DNA of 63,867 nucleotides, counting the filler, from Vezdaea acicularis (Eukaryota), in assembly GCA_026025075.1 (NCBI GenBank). It is 4 parts of 4 records of this genome, joined end to end, with 100 filler letters (N's around TTAATTAATTAA, not from the genome) between each part and the next. Parts side by side here need not be neighbours in the genome. Positions count along the whole stretch, not along the records: positions 1 to 17,345 come from JAPEUI010000213.1; positions 17,446 to 34,741 come from JAPEUI010000214.1; 2 more parts are not named here. One strand, given 5' to 3'. Position numbers and translations under genes: made by a program. Within the stretch, counting starts at the first letter, position 1. Each line of letters opens with the position of its first letter. The notes under the pieces are model-generated. The model made no database searches and was not told where the DNA came from. It saw only the letters and a list, made by a program, of their open reading frames with translations. Shown in pieces: positions 13,184 through 25,497 of this stretch.

Positions 13184-14997
13184 GGCGTCCTGGGACGTCA
13201 GAAAAGGGGAGGTGTTCTGAGCTGGCAACGATGATGCTGGCACTGTAGGGCGGGCGCAGATGCAAAGTCAAAAGTCAGGTAAGCGGACGTGCTCTATGGA
13301 AGAAGCTGTGGGCGGAGAATCCGAGCTTCCTCGCGACGCCACGAAGCGAGAGGGATGCTGCAGCGTGACGGTGGAGGAGGGCAGGACTGGATTCCCTTCA
13401 GCTGTCGTGGTGGGACTGAACTTCTGGTGGTGAGCTCGGGTGTCGACGTAACACCAGATGCAACGAGAACACGTCGGCCAAGCTCGAACAGGAGACGGAG
13501 AAGAGAAGCACGAACGGAGGTGGGGAGAGAGAGGAAGAGGGTGCGAGAGAGTGAGTGGTGATGGTGTTCGGCCGAGCGAGCGATGCACAACTGCACACGA
13601 GGAGGCTGGAGGTGTGCGAGTGTGAGAGAGAGAGAGAAAGCAAGCAGAAACGGCCGCGCTCTTCCTGTCGCTGCGGTCGTTGCTGCGTTCCGCCAGACTA
13701 AGCTGCCTCCGCCATCTCCCTCCCCCGTCATTGGTGCCGCACACGAGGGCCGGCCGCGCTTCATTCGCTGGTTCCGCGCCCGATTCTCCGCTCGACCGCA
13801 CCCGCCGCGAAAGCCCTTGCCGGTGGGCGCCTGTTTGGCCTGACCAGCCTGTCCAGCCTGTCCAGCGCTCGTTCCGTCCTCGTCCCCGTCGTCCTGCTCG
13901 TCGTCCTCGCACGCTGCCAACGCATCAGCGACCCAATCATCCCCCACCACCGTGCGCCCTCTGCACTTCAGCAACGCATTACGCAGCCATCGTCGCACCG
14001 GCACTTCGTCAGGGCCACTCAGCGTCTCCCATCCCGCCGAGAGCCCCGAGAAGCAGCAGCCAACGTCGTTGCAGTCATGTGACCCTGTCGCGGCCTTCTC
14101 CCGGTCTGGTTCCTTCCTCATCGATCAACCAGATGAGGGAGGAGAAACTCCATGCGAGCGGGAAAGACCCGTCCGTGGAAGCTGCGGCGGGTGAGAGCTG
14201 CCGCCACCAGACACCCCCCGGTCGCAGCGGGAACCGGCCACTCGCTACCGTCCAAAGAGGGGAGGAGCCCCCCCCACTGCCTTCCTCAGCGTGGGGTCGG
14301 CCATTGGACCCCACTTGCCATTTATATCCAGATTTTGAAAATTGCCGTATGCACCTAGCTCGAATCGTGACATTTGATTATTATTTCTGGGAGAGTCCGT
14401 GAAAATAATAGGGTGGTGTGGTATTTCCTGCGATATTTCGATGGTCTGGAGAGCATACACTATATCGTGTGGACTTGATGTTCCTTCTCGTCATGAGCCT
14501 AAAAAGACATCGCAATGCCTGAAAGAGTGGGAAGAACGCTTCTACGCTCTTACTACGCGTAACAGCTAGAAGCTTTTTTCACAAGGAGCTTAACATTGTC
14601 ACATGCACAAGGCCTCACATCACTGCACGAGCCGACATAAAAGAAGTCATTTTTCATTCCTCCATTAGAGATTCGTCATGAGACTCGCTTCAATCTAACA
14701 CGCCTGCTTTGCTCCACGCGAGAGAGAGAAAGGGAGGGAGGGAGAAGGGAAAGATAGGAGGGGTAGACTAGCCAGCCGGCCAGGCAGCCGCGTTCGCAAG
14801 GGGACAACTCGAGCAGAACGAGGCCAGCCTGACCGTAGATCGGGGGAATCATAGAGAGTACAAAATGAAATCTTGCAGCTGCGCGCACACAGACGCCGAG
14901 TCCTTCCAATCTTTTCAAAGCCCACCAGATCGCTGCGTGGCCCATTCCATCGTGAAGCGCAAACGCAACTGCCTAACCGATGCTTGATATGTGCAAC

Positions 14998-16810
14998 TTA
15001 GTATTCGGCCTCCTCCGTCTCCTCGTTGCCCATCGAGTCCGTAGCCACTTCTTCGTAGTCACGCTCGAGCGCAGCCAAATCTTCTCGGGCCTCGGAGAAT
15101 TCCCCTTCCTCCATACCCTCACCCACGTACCAGTGAACGAAGGCACGCTTGGAGTACATCAAGTCGAATTTATGTGAAAGGGCAGACCAGGCTTCGGCAA
15201 TGGCAGTCGTATTTGACAGCATGCATCTATAGGCGTGCAAATTAGTCTCGTTGCATGTTGTTCGGGTTAAAAGATCAGACTTACACAGCACGATTGACCT
15301 TGGCCAAGTCACCGTTGGGTACCATCTTGGGAGGTTGGAAGCAGATACCGATCTTGAAGCCAGTCGGGCACCAATCGACGAATTGGATAGTGCGCTTCGT
15401 CTTGAGCGATGCGACAGCCAAGTGGACATCCTTTGGCACGACATCTCCGCGATACAAGAGACAGGTAGCCATGTACTTTCCGTTGCGAGGATCGCACTTA
15501 ACCATCTGGTTGTTGGGCTCGAAGCAGTAGTTGGAAATCTCCTGGACAGAATTGGTCTCGTGAGAGGCGTGCTTGGCACCAACGACAGGAGCGTAAGCAA
15601 CAAGAGGGAAATGGATACGCGGGTATGGGACAAGGTTGGTCTGGAACTCGTTAAGATCAACGTTGAGGGAACCGTCAAAACGTAGAGACGCGGTGATGGA
15701 CGAAACGACTACAATGCATCGTTAGTCTTAACTCTTGATCGTATAGGGCCAGAGCTAGTACCTTGAGCAATAAGCCTATTCAAGTTCTCGTAACTAGGTC
15801 GCTCGATTCCCAAGTTTCTGCGGCAAATGTCATAAATAGCCTCGTTATCGACCATGAAGCTGCAATCAGAATGCTCGAGGGTAGTATGTGTGGTCAAGAT
15901 GGAGTTGTATGGTTCGACGACAGACGTAGCTACCTGTGGGGCGGGATAAACGCAGAACTCCAGTTTGCACTTCTTCCCATAGTCCGCCGAAAGCCGCTCC
16001 ATGAGCAGGGCACCAAAGCCAGATCCTGTACCTCCGCCAAATGAGTGGAAAACAAGGAATCCCTGAAGACCGGAGCAAGCATCGGCAACACGGCGGACCT
16101 TATCCAAGACCTGGTCAATGAGCTCCTTGCCAACGGTATAATGACCTCGAGCATAATTGTTAGAAGCGTCTTCTTTTCCAGTGATCATCTGTTCGGGGTG
16201 AAACAAGGCACGATATGTACCCGTTCGTACTTCGTCGACAACATTCGGCTCCAAATCGCAGTAGATAGTGCGGGGCACATATTTCCCTTGACCTAACGCA
16301 GCAAATAAAATGAGTAACAAATACATTATTTCCGCAGGTTTGGTTGGTAGGCCATAGCATTTAGCCGTTGTAGTGCTTACCAGTTTCGGAGAAGAAGGTG
16401 CTGAACCCCTGATCTTGGATTTCCTCTTTACGTTCAGGAGTCAAGTATCCATCCGGCTAGAAAGGTTGAACGATGTCAGTGAACCTGTTTGGAAGCTTTT
16501 GAAGCACGTTGTTGAGAAGAAAGCCTCTATCTTACCTGAATACCATGTTCAAGGCAGTAGAGCTGCAGATACACATTTTGATTAGCTCTGAGATTATAAT
16601 GCGAACTTGTGCCTGACTTGTTTGTCAGACAGACAAGCTCGTGAGAAATAGCTCACCTCCCAGCATGAATTCGCTATCTGGCAACCGGCTTGGCCGACTG
16701 AAATTACATTGAATTAGCTTTGACTATACTCAAACTTGTGTGGGAAACTGGAGGCGGAGGACGCGTTTAGGGAGGGGCTTCATACCGTTCAAACTAATGA
16801 CTTCTCTCAT
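14998..16810 (-). CDS. tubA: Alpha-tubulin (tubA/alpha-1 type), 7 exons
   Basis: The spliced product begins [34 protein letters not shown], has GGGTGSG and ends EEAEY. Six GT-AG introns: 16785-16698, 16656-16563, 16535-16457, 16380-16293, 15761-15709, 15284-15227. Confidence 0.98.
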
Positions 16811-17280
16811 GGTGGATTAATTTTATTTGTATCGTACACTAGACACCAGCAAGGATGTGATAGAGTTGGGGAGTGCACTGTCGAGATCTTGTAGATAGGA
16901 ACAAGATCACGGATGCAGGAGTGATGAAGGGTGAGAGTCGAGAATCGATCTAGACAGGACTTTGGGAAACTATCGGCTGTTGTTGTGGGCGGCGCGAGGG
17001 TCTGGCAGGGATTTCTCCTCTCGGCTCTGTTGTTGCCTCATCCGATTCGCATGGGTGGTGAGTTGCTCGCTTACCAGGAAGCCCTTAGCGCGTTTGTTCC
17101 AAACCAGGCGAGCGGACCCTGAATAGTCACAAAGTCTGGTATAACCGGAGTTGAGGCCGCTGTACTATTCTAGCTCCCATTGATATACTCCCATCGACTT
17201 TGGTTCAGGAGCATCAACCAAGTCTCGCCAAATTGGTCCAGAGCTAGATCACACGTGTTCCTTCAATGGCTAGTTTGATC

Positions 17281-17345
17281 ATGAAACTGCTCTTTATCTA
17301 CGTTCCGGTATTGCTTGCAACTTCTGTTTACGCCAATGTTGAAAA
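17281..17345 (+). CDS. 5' start of a secretory protein cut off by the contig end (possibly Pga1-like GPI-mannosyltransferase II subunit)
   Basis: MKLLFIYVPVLLATSVYANVE(K) is a clean signal peptide followed by ANVEK, which I recall at the mature N-terminus of Pezizomycotina Pga1-like proteins. Only about 21 codons are visible. Divergent from tubA. Confidence 0.45.
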
Positions 17346-17445
17346 NNNNNNNNNNNNNNNNNNNNNNNNNNNNNNNNNNNNNNNNNNNNTTAATTAATTA
17401 ANNNNNNNNNNNNNNNNNNNNNNNNNNNNNNNNNNNNNNNNNNNN
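17346..17445. other. Artificial contig-joining linker
   Basis: 44 N + TTAATTAATTAA (stops in all six frames) + 44 N, exactly 100 bp, identical at three places. Confidence 0.98.
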
Positions 17446-18187
17446 TGGAGGCGGATTTCATTGTCCTTATAACTGGACATCATTCAATGATCGTATGGTC
17501 AAGTATAGTGGTCGACACCCTGATGCATAGGATATTTGTCCCGTTGGTGTGTCTGTCCCGTTGGTATGTCCATCACCTAAGCGAACGCGCAAGGTGGTTG
17601 GTAGGCACGAGTATGGCTTTGTCCTGCCTAACGTGAATTATGGGCAACAACAAATCCCATAGCTTCTGATAAGCCCCCAGTCTGCCTTTGCCACATTCAC
17701 GCAGCCCTATCTGTAGGGCTAGCTCCCTCATACAATGAGAGGTCTCCTATAGATCGATAGACCGGTGGTTCAACGGCATATCGCCCATTCAACGGGTGCT
17801 CACCACCCAGGGGCTTTATTTCCCCCCCTCTCACCGCCCTGAGGAACATAGCTCACTTGTAATAATCTCAAAGGCTCCGTAAAAGATAAAGTCCCGTAAG
17901 TCAATCCATAGGTGGCTGATATTGCTCAATTGATGCAAAACAGATACGATTGGGATTCAAGACGATCCACACTAACCATCCGTATGCCGACCACCATCCA
18001 CGAAACTGTCTTGGCATTATCCGAAGATCTATCCCTGGATACGGAAGAGCTAAACAAATAATCTCCAGATAGTCAATAGACTCATGAAGGGTCCTTGCCG
18101 TCATCGAAGTATCCTATGGACAGAAGAGGAGAGATCTGCCACAATTGGCAGACGATTATATTGTCGGATCATCGACGCAATTGGAAC

Positions 18188-18411
18188 TGTAATGGAAAGC
18201 CCCCCCGCCATATAACGGAACGCCCGCCATATAACACAAGGTCCGCCCTATAACAGAAGGCCCGTCATTGAACAGAAGGCCCGTCAGTTAACAGAATGTC
18301 CGCCATATTATAACTTCATCAGCGTTCTCACTTCTAGTACCGTGTCTCTTATGCAAAAACAGTTTTATATTAGAACACAATTGATATGATTAACAATCTC
18401 ATATCCTCACA
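18188..18411. mobile_element. Possible degenerate solo LTR
   Basis: Begins TGTAATGGA and ends TCCTCACA (TG...CA with an imperfect short inverted repeat), 224 bp, with internal tandem repeats followed by an AT-rich segment. No matching 5-bp target duplication (GGAAC vs AAGAA). Confidence 0.35.
18204..18314. repeat. 19-bp degenerate tandem repeat, about 5.8 copies
   Basis: Units start at 18204, 18223, 18242, 18261, 18280 and 18299, consensus about CCCGCCATATAACAGAAGG. Confidence 0.9.
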
Positions 18412-18619
18412 AAGAAAACGTGGTACTACATAGTATTAAACTAGCAGTGCAAAACCCAGTACAAAGGCGCCCATCACTTCTCTTTCCGTCACCCATCCTC
18501 AAAGAGATACAAATACAGACCGACGACTCGCAGAGTACGTGGCGGCCACATTAAGAATTAAACAAAAAACCTGTGATTAACGCATTTTTTCCAGATTTTA
18601 TCTGTCACAACTTGCTCGC

Positions 18620-20125
18620 TCATCTTCGATTTCCCTTATGATCCCACCCATAGCCCTGGGCCTGCTCTCCAAAATCCCACACTCTTGCATCGTCTGCAGT
18701 GGCGTACTGTCCCTGCCTCATACCGACACTGGTGGCAGCGGTCTGGGCAGGCAGAGTCCCGGCCGCAGAACCAGGCTGACGGATCCAGTTCATGAAGTGG
18801 GGATCCATCTGGACGTCACCCTGAGAATAGGCGTAGGGCGTGTAACCCCAATTATCCTGCGAAGTGGTAACAGGAGCAATGGCTTCGGAGTAGCCCGCGG
18901 AAGTCAAGCCAAGGCCGACAGACCCAGTGGGCGCACTGACGTCTTCCGATCCAGGGCTAGCTTTTCGGCTACCTTTCCTGCTCGCAGAGCCGGAAAGAGG
19001 AATCTCGTGCTTGCCGACGAAGTTGCGGGGGCTGCGGCCACGAACGATGATCTTCCCCGAGCGGACTTCGCATACGACGGCTTTTGCACCTGCAGGCGCA
19101 CCGAGGTGGATGGTCAGCTTAAGACCGAGCGTGAAGTGCTGTTGCAGTTCTCGGCGGCGACCGTTGTTGGCGGTAGCGGTTCGGAACTGGAGGCGCCTGA
19201 AAGTGACGGGATTGTTGGTATATTGAACGGTAGAGGCTGCAGAATGGCTGTTTGGTGAACCGGTCAAAGGGATAGCAACCGGGCGTGGCTCCGCCTCGAC
19301 TTTTGGATCTGCCGGATGTGGCGTCAAAGCATCGGCAGAGCCGGAGGGTGGGGTTTTCCAAGGGACGGAGATCAGTTTGACAGAGGCGTTCTCGACCGAT
19401 TCTGTTGCAACAATGGACACATCTACGCCGACGATGGGGAGTCTTTGACCGCCGTCTGCTTGGAGATAGCGTAGATCCTTGGGAAGGGTGACGTTACCCG
19501 CAACTTGGAAGAGATTGCGGCGATAGCAGGTAAGTTGAGGTGGGCCAGGTAGTATTTGCCCGTCATCTGTTGCTGGCTCGGCAAGAAAGAACATTCCGGA
19601 GAGTTGCGCTGAGAGGTCTACGGAGACTACGCGGTTGCTGCTATCAAGAAGAGTGAATGCTGGACGGACCGCAGGGGAGAAAGATAAAAGAGCCTGGGAA
19701 TTAGGAAAGCCGGCCATCTCTGCGGGAGTCTCCGAAGTGTGTGAAGGGGTGGGCGAGTAAGAAGATGAAGTGGAGGGATAGGCAGAAAGAGAAGCACGAG
19801 AACCGGTATTAGCGTAAAGAGGGTCGGTAAAGCTTGACGAGGCGTCTGTGCTGGTTGAGCTGTTATGCAGGCTAGTCAGTGAGCTTCTCGTCGAACTGCT
19901 AGGCTGCGCGGTGCTACGTGTGTAGAATGGCGGTAGGGATGGTGGAGGAGAGTAGCGTGAGGGGCTTCCAGAGTAAGCTGCATACCGCATATAGTCTTGG
20001 GTGTCATATCCCCAAGCGTCTTGGGCAATGACTGGCGGCATATTGTAGATAGGGTTATTAGAATCCGATGTAGTGGTTGGCATGTCGAGGTAAGAATCAT
20101 CATAGAAGTCGGCGTAAGGGTCCAT
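18620..20125 (-). CDS. NDT80/PhoG-like (p53-like fold) transcription factor, XprG/VIB-1/RON1 type
   Basis: SAQLSGMFFLAE, LTCYRRNLFQV, ATESVE...KLISVPWKTP, RLQFRTATANNGRRRELQQHF and IIVRGRSPRNF match the XprG/PhoG-type NDT80 domain. Intronless, 501 aa. Confidence 0.92.
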   Translation of the reverse strand: MDPYADFYDDSYLDMPTTTSDSNNPIYNMPPVIAQDAWGYDTQDYMRYAAYSGSPSRYSPPPSLPPFYTRSTAQPSSSTRSSLTSLHNSSTSTDASSSFTDPLYANTGSRASLSAYPSTSSSYSPTPSHTSETPAEMAGFPNSQALLSFSPAVRPAFTLLDSSNRVVSVDLSAQLSGMFFLAEPATDDGQILPGPPQLTCYRRNLFQVAGNVTLPKDLRYLQADGGQRLPIVGVDVSIVATESVENASVKLISVPWKTPPSGSADALTPHPADPKVEAEPRPVAIPLTGSPNSHSAASTVQYTNNPVTFRRLQFRTATANNGRRRELQQHFTLGLKLTIHLGAPAGAKAVVCEVRSGKIIVRGRSPRNFVGKHEIPLSGSASRKGSRKASPGSEDVSAPTGSVGLGLTSAGYSEAIAPVTTSQDNWGYTPYAYSQGDVQMDPHFMNWIRQPGSAAGTLPAQTAATSVGMRQGQYATADDARVWDFGEQAQGYGWDHKGNRR

Positions 20126-23100
20126 CGTTTATATATTAGGCTAGGGTACAGCCGAGCGGCAGTAAACAAGAGGGAACGGTAGTTAGAGCGGTATGGCCGG
20201 AAGGCGGAACGAAAGTGATAGGTCGGATAACTAAGACTAGCCTGTGCATGAGGGTGCAGGACAGCAAGGAAAATGTTTGTAATCTTCGTCCTGTTTCTCG
20301 GGTTGACCAAGTGCTTATATAAATGTTGTCTTGTAGAAACCCCTTTCTTCTTTTCAGAAGAAGCTTCATGGTCGCGGACACCCTAAGAAGACGCCTGTTT
20401 ATTGGCATCTTCATTGAATCTAGAGGGCAAGCCTCGAATGAGTACGCATGTTGAGGAAGTCACTATGTAGCTGGAAAAGATGGTAGCATGAGGAGTACGA
20501 GCGATGCCACTTCGTTCCTGGCCGTGGCGCAGGGCTGAAGAGCTTTCCGTCTGCCATCCGCGTGCTCTATACGAAAAAGCAGCATCTTGTCAGCGGCGAC
20601 GGGAACAGCTAAGAATAGCGCAAAAAGGGAACTTATGACAGCATGTCCTGTTCTTTCGAAGCAGAAATGCGACTACGGACGCAGACGGAAATCCCATGCG
20701 CTCTGGCAGTGGTGCCAAGACGGCGTAAAGCCGGCCAATGATGTCCGTCAGACGGTTGGAGTTCCATTTATTCGGGTTCTCAAATAGAGTTGGTAGGACG
20801 AGGATGCGATCGCTGATTTGGGAGTCTAGCGTCCATGTGCGTGCCAGTATGGTCGACGATAATAGCAAGGTTGGCCATCCCCCGGACGTCGTAAGGGCGT
20901 TCGGGGCTTGCTTTGCGGTGAAGGTGGAGTGAATGAGGTGCAGAAAGTAGGGCGCGGTGTGGCACTGCTGCTCTGCTAATCGGTCTGCAGGAAGGAGGGG
21001 TAGGCGGGTGCCGATGGGACTCCCTCGTTAGCCATTCAGAGAGTTTCTTTTCATCCTGGAAGTGCCACTGCAGCCGAACGTGAACAAAACGCTTATTTGG
21101 CCATGCAGGGTTCCCGTCGACGTCCGCCTCTGGAGTTGCAAAAACCTTTCAGCAAGTGAACGAAAGCTGATGACAAGTCGCTCCCGGATCGTGCGTCGTG
21201 CCCAAGGCCCCTCCACCCACCCGCTGCCGGCTTTCAGGAATCGGAACTTATTCCGCAAGCGGCATGGAGCCAGTGGAGATGAGAAATCTATCCCGAGTCC
21301 TGACGAAGATGATGAGCAATGTCATCCTTGGCCGTCGGCCTACGGGGTCTAATCAGGCCATTCTCCGCGGATGACGACGACCAGTTCGTGGTCATGGCAC
21401 GAACACGGTCAGTCGGCCTTTGACGTCAATTGTTGTGCTAGGATGGATTCGATCAATGACGGAGGGCGCAGAATGCGCAGTCCTCTCGCTTCGGGGATCG
21501 CCTAGGGCTATGCGTTAGGTCGAAGCGAGGAGGTAACCCCAGCCAGGCACGAATGTGAATACGAGGGCAGAGCCGTTCAATGGCTTCCAGACGGCGCTTG
21601 CGCTCTCCCTTTCTTCCAGAAGTTCAAGGGAACGCTGGGAGACGCTCCGTACGGATTGGGCCAACACGCGGGAACCGGTCAGGAAGGTTGTGTACCGGTT
21701 TGGGTGATGATGGCGCCCGAGCTTCGAAGTCCTCAGCCATTCAGGTGGCCAGGAGCGCAGATAGAGCCTTAGAACCGATAATGTTCCGATGCTAGGGTGT
21801 CCATGAATAGAGCCAACGTCCTCGCACAGCGGGCCATCGCGGGAGCTTCTCAGCCAGCCGATGCCTTGTCCGTGAGGAACAGGGACGACAGCTGTAGTAA
21901 AACAGATAGTCCGGTTCGTGACAATCAGGTGGACAGGGGGGAGGAGGTGGAGCGGAAATACGAAAAGCACACAAAGTCGGGATCAATCGAATCACCGCTC
22001 CACGACCGGTTCGTCCCAAATGCGGCTCGGGCCAGAGGGCGGAAAAACGCAAAATCCGAAGGTTTGGGCGTGTGTATTTCTGGCAACCTGGGGGCGCGCG
22101 GCACAGTCACCCGCAGTCAGCTAACCCACACGATGTAACCCTACGAAACCCAGCTAGGCCTGCTCGCGGTGCTCTATCCGCTCTTTCGCGCAGCACTTGC
22201 GACGGGTTCGTGCTTCGAATCGGAGGAATTGCTGAATCAATCATTAGATAAAGGCGGTGCAGCGGTGGAGACTCTCATGCGTCTCTAAGTCGACAGACTT
22301 GGTAAAGACCGCGAGGAAGTAACGACATCTGATCACGATTTTCCATCAACATCACTGCTCAGCTCAATGAAAGTTTGCACAGCAGGCAAAACAGAATTTA
22401 CTACTCCCCCAAGCCTTCAGTCGCTCATGTTCAGAGATAGCTACCACGTAATTCTCATAAACAGATCCTTACGATTTCTCATCTATCCGATATCGGTCGC
22501 CGAGGTTCACGATACTAATCACTGAAAACTGGGAGCTCACAGTATTTCGACTGCGCTTTGAGATTATGTCCTAAATATCAACGATATCGATGTCTGGACG
22601 CTGAATGGACGACAATGAAGTACCATGACCTCACAAGATTCCATTTCCATGATGGCGCAGCGAGACAGTCTATTCGCAGTTGATATCGCGATTACAGCAC
22701 GCCTACCGCCTCCAACGACGTTGGAATAATCATTCCGATGATCGCGGACTGTCATGCCGAGGGCTTAAAACATGGAATACAAGTGCTGACATTGGGACAT
22801 GACGCTGTCGATCATTCCATGCATCCATGCGGGAAAGGCGCAAACAGCCGACTTGACACTTGGTAGGCGATCAAACACCCCGCCCAAAAGACCGAAGCTT
22901 TGTCAGAGGATGAGCAAGCACGCAGCTTCACGCATTAGGCCAGCATTGCGATCGCTTGATTCGAAGCGCCATACGCTGCACTCCAAAGAACAGTTGAGCT
23001 AGTGCCATCGGATGATCCTGCCCTACGGTCAAGAGGATGACAGAAGCCAAGTCGCCGAGAAAGTAAAACCCAAAGGCCAATGGTCATCGGCACTAGTCCA

Positions 23101-23210
23101 GGATATAATGCAAAACGCCAAGCGCAAAGCCCTTGGGACATCTAAGCAAGCGATAATCAAGAGAGTTCCGCTAGATGTGATGGAGGAATTCCGTCTGCAG
23201 ACGCGCTCAA

Positions 23211-25344
23211 TCAACAGTCTCCACGGCCTCTTCCCATACGTTCGATGTTGCTCATAATGCCACTCCTGGGAGCAGTTAGTCCACTGGTGGCGCTACCGCT
23301 GCGGCTATGAGTCTTCCCCGAGCTCCCCGTCGAGTTCATTCGCCCGATCCGGCTCTCGCCGCTGCTCCCAAAGCTCGCGCTCAAGTTTGGCCCAGGCAGA
23401 GCAGAGGCGTAATCCGGTCGCCTCAAATCTGAAGCTCTCGAAATACTTCCTCGAAGATTCTCGAGTCCGGAAGAGGCCACCTGATCGCCTGCTTGTGCCG
23501 CAGCGGAGATCACAAGCATCTCCTCTACGGCCGCAACAAGTTCGCCTTTCTCTACCCTTTCTTTCTCGATTTCGCGGAGCAACTGCGTATTGTCTCTCTT
23601 GATGCTTGCCACTTCTTCCGCGAGTCCGAGAAGCTTTGCCTTTTGCTCCTCTGACCTCTGAATTTCTTCGGCTCGGTCTTGTTGCTGCTTTGCGTCCGAA
23701 CTCTCCGAGGTGGGAAGTCGAGGAACAACGCCGGACATTGTCGCGTCACGGCCAACGCGTAGTTCTTCGTTCTCCTTACTGACCTCATCGAGCTTCGACT
23801 CGAGCTCTCTCACTCTCTTCTCCCATCTTGCTTCATAGCTCTTTTTGAGCGCCGTCACTTTGGTCTCGTGCTTCGATTTATAAAGACCGTGCAGTTCTCG
23901 TGCAACCTTCTCTACAGCAGCCTCGACTTCCTTGGAGGTGCTGCCGGACGCCTGTGAATTGCCCATGTCGCTCTGAGATGCGGACGACGAGACAGCTCTC
24001 ATACCAGCCATCTGAGATTCTATCTCTGCGGTCCTTGTCTCCGCCTCCTCACGTTTCCGTTCGCTCTCTTCCAGCTTGTGTGCTAGACGATCCTTTTCTC
24101 GTTCCTCACGCAGAATTTCCTCCTTCACGCTGCGCAGGACATTTTCCATCTCTTTCCCGCGCTTCTCCCAGCTGTCTTTATCTTCTTGTAGCGACTCTCT
24201 TGCGCCCCTTTCTTCGCGTATAATCTCCATCGCTTCGCCCACACGCCTTTCTGCATCTCCAACGGCTTCTTTGAGACTACTGACCTCCGCGGTCTTGCCA
24301 CTCAAAGTCGCCTTGAGAGAGGAAATTTGCGACAGATAGCCCGATTTGAGAGATTCAAGTTCACGAGCTGTGATTGTGGGTACCGATCTTGGTGTGGGAG
24401 GAGGAGGTATATCGAAGTCTAAGAGGTTTGCAAGGTTCGATTGTGTCCCGTATTCCTGCTTGCGTGGTGACGGTGTGCGCCCTCGGGACATGAATGAGCC
24501 CAGGTCCGGCTGCGTATGTGATTTAGAAGGTGATCGTCGGCTACTTTTAGTGGGAGAGCCGTGTCGAGAGAATGAATGGAATTGCTCGGTAAAGTCGAGA
24601 ATGAGGTTTGTGGTTTCATCGTCGCCGCTTCGAGGTTGTCGCCGGCGCGGTGTTGGAGAAGGGGAGTGATCGGAATCGTCGTATCGTTGTCTCGCAGTAC
24701 CTGGTGTAGATGGCACGCCTCGACGATTTGGAGTAGGCGCCTATGTTTCGTTAGTTGCTTACGAACTATTGAGCGTTGAATGCTTGGAGAAGCCCAACCA
24801 TTGGATCGTTATATCGTGCGTAACTCTCCATCCTTAGTTGCTTCGCCGGACTATCTTGTGTGAAGTCATCTCTGTTTGTGCCGAGACGGGCGAACTGTGT
24901 CATGTCCACGTTTGGTACCGCAGAGAAGGTGCTGAAAGTTGTGTCGTCCATGTCCCCGTAACTAGCTTTCCCATCCATCGTACAGATTGTGTCGTCATCT
25001 TCAGCTTTGTCGTAACTACGGGTATCATCTAATGTTTCTGTGGGCTTTAGCGGTCCATCACTGCGTGAGACCTCTCCAAAGGCATGCACGGGGAGCTTCG
25101 CAGGGCTCTTCTTGACTGGGGACTGTTTTCTGGGGCTCTTGAACTTTGTTGGTGAGCAGTTTTCTTGGTTCATGGGTTCCGCAATAAAAGGCGAACTCGG
25201 CGGGTCGTCCATATCTTGCTCTTGCTCATTGGTATATGCCGTCTGGTTGGAAACACATGATTGAACGTCGAAGGAAGAGGTCGACCCGTAGCCGTTTCCG
25301 CGGTTGAGGGTTGATGAGCTTGCGGGAGACAGAGGATCTGCCAT
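23211..25344 (-). CDS. Fungal TACC-domain coiled-coil protein (Slk19/Alp7-like spindle/kinetochore protein), 2 exons
   Basis: Disordered N-terminus rich in SP/TP sites, a long coiled coil, and VEKVARELHGLYKSKHETKVTALKKSYEARWEKRV typical of the Fungal_TACC (Slk19) domain. Intron 24798-24741 joins the two ORFs in frame. Confidence 0.8.
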
Positions 25345-25488
25345 TGTGAAAGATTTATAGGAAAGCAACGAGGCCTCGCTTTCAAATGAGCTATTGAGTT
25401 CCTCTTCGACTGCAAACCTGTAATGTCGATTTTGGCAGTTTTCAAACGTTCTTAGAGAGAATGGTATAGATCGGGTCCTCGCTTACAA

Positions 25489-25497
25489 GTAAACAAA
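25489..25497. promoter_or_regulatory. Candidate forkhead binding site upstream of the TACC gene
   Basis: GTAAACAAA about 145 bp upstream of the ATG at 25344, matching the Fkh2/Sep1 consensus GTAAACAA found at mitotic genes. Confidence 0.3.

Noticed and set aside
13268..14402. Overlapping 200-275 aa ORFs upstream of EDE1
   Set aside because: GC-rich leader/promoter with GA microsatellites, with no protein motifs evident.
17668..17820. RNase MRP RNA or hammerhead ribozyme assignment for the hairpin-rich segment
   Set aside because: Only a partial P4-like pairing. No GAAAGUCCCC, AUAGUNA, enclosing P1 helix, or CUGAUGA...GAAA core.
18204..18314. Repeat array as a CRISPR-like locus
   Set aside because: Units are head-to-tail with no unique spacers, no cas genes are present, and the context is eukaryotic.
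14998..25344. Alpha-tubulin and the TACC spindle gene as a microtubule gene cluster
   Set aside because: They lie on different contigs separated by an artificial linker.
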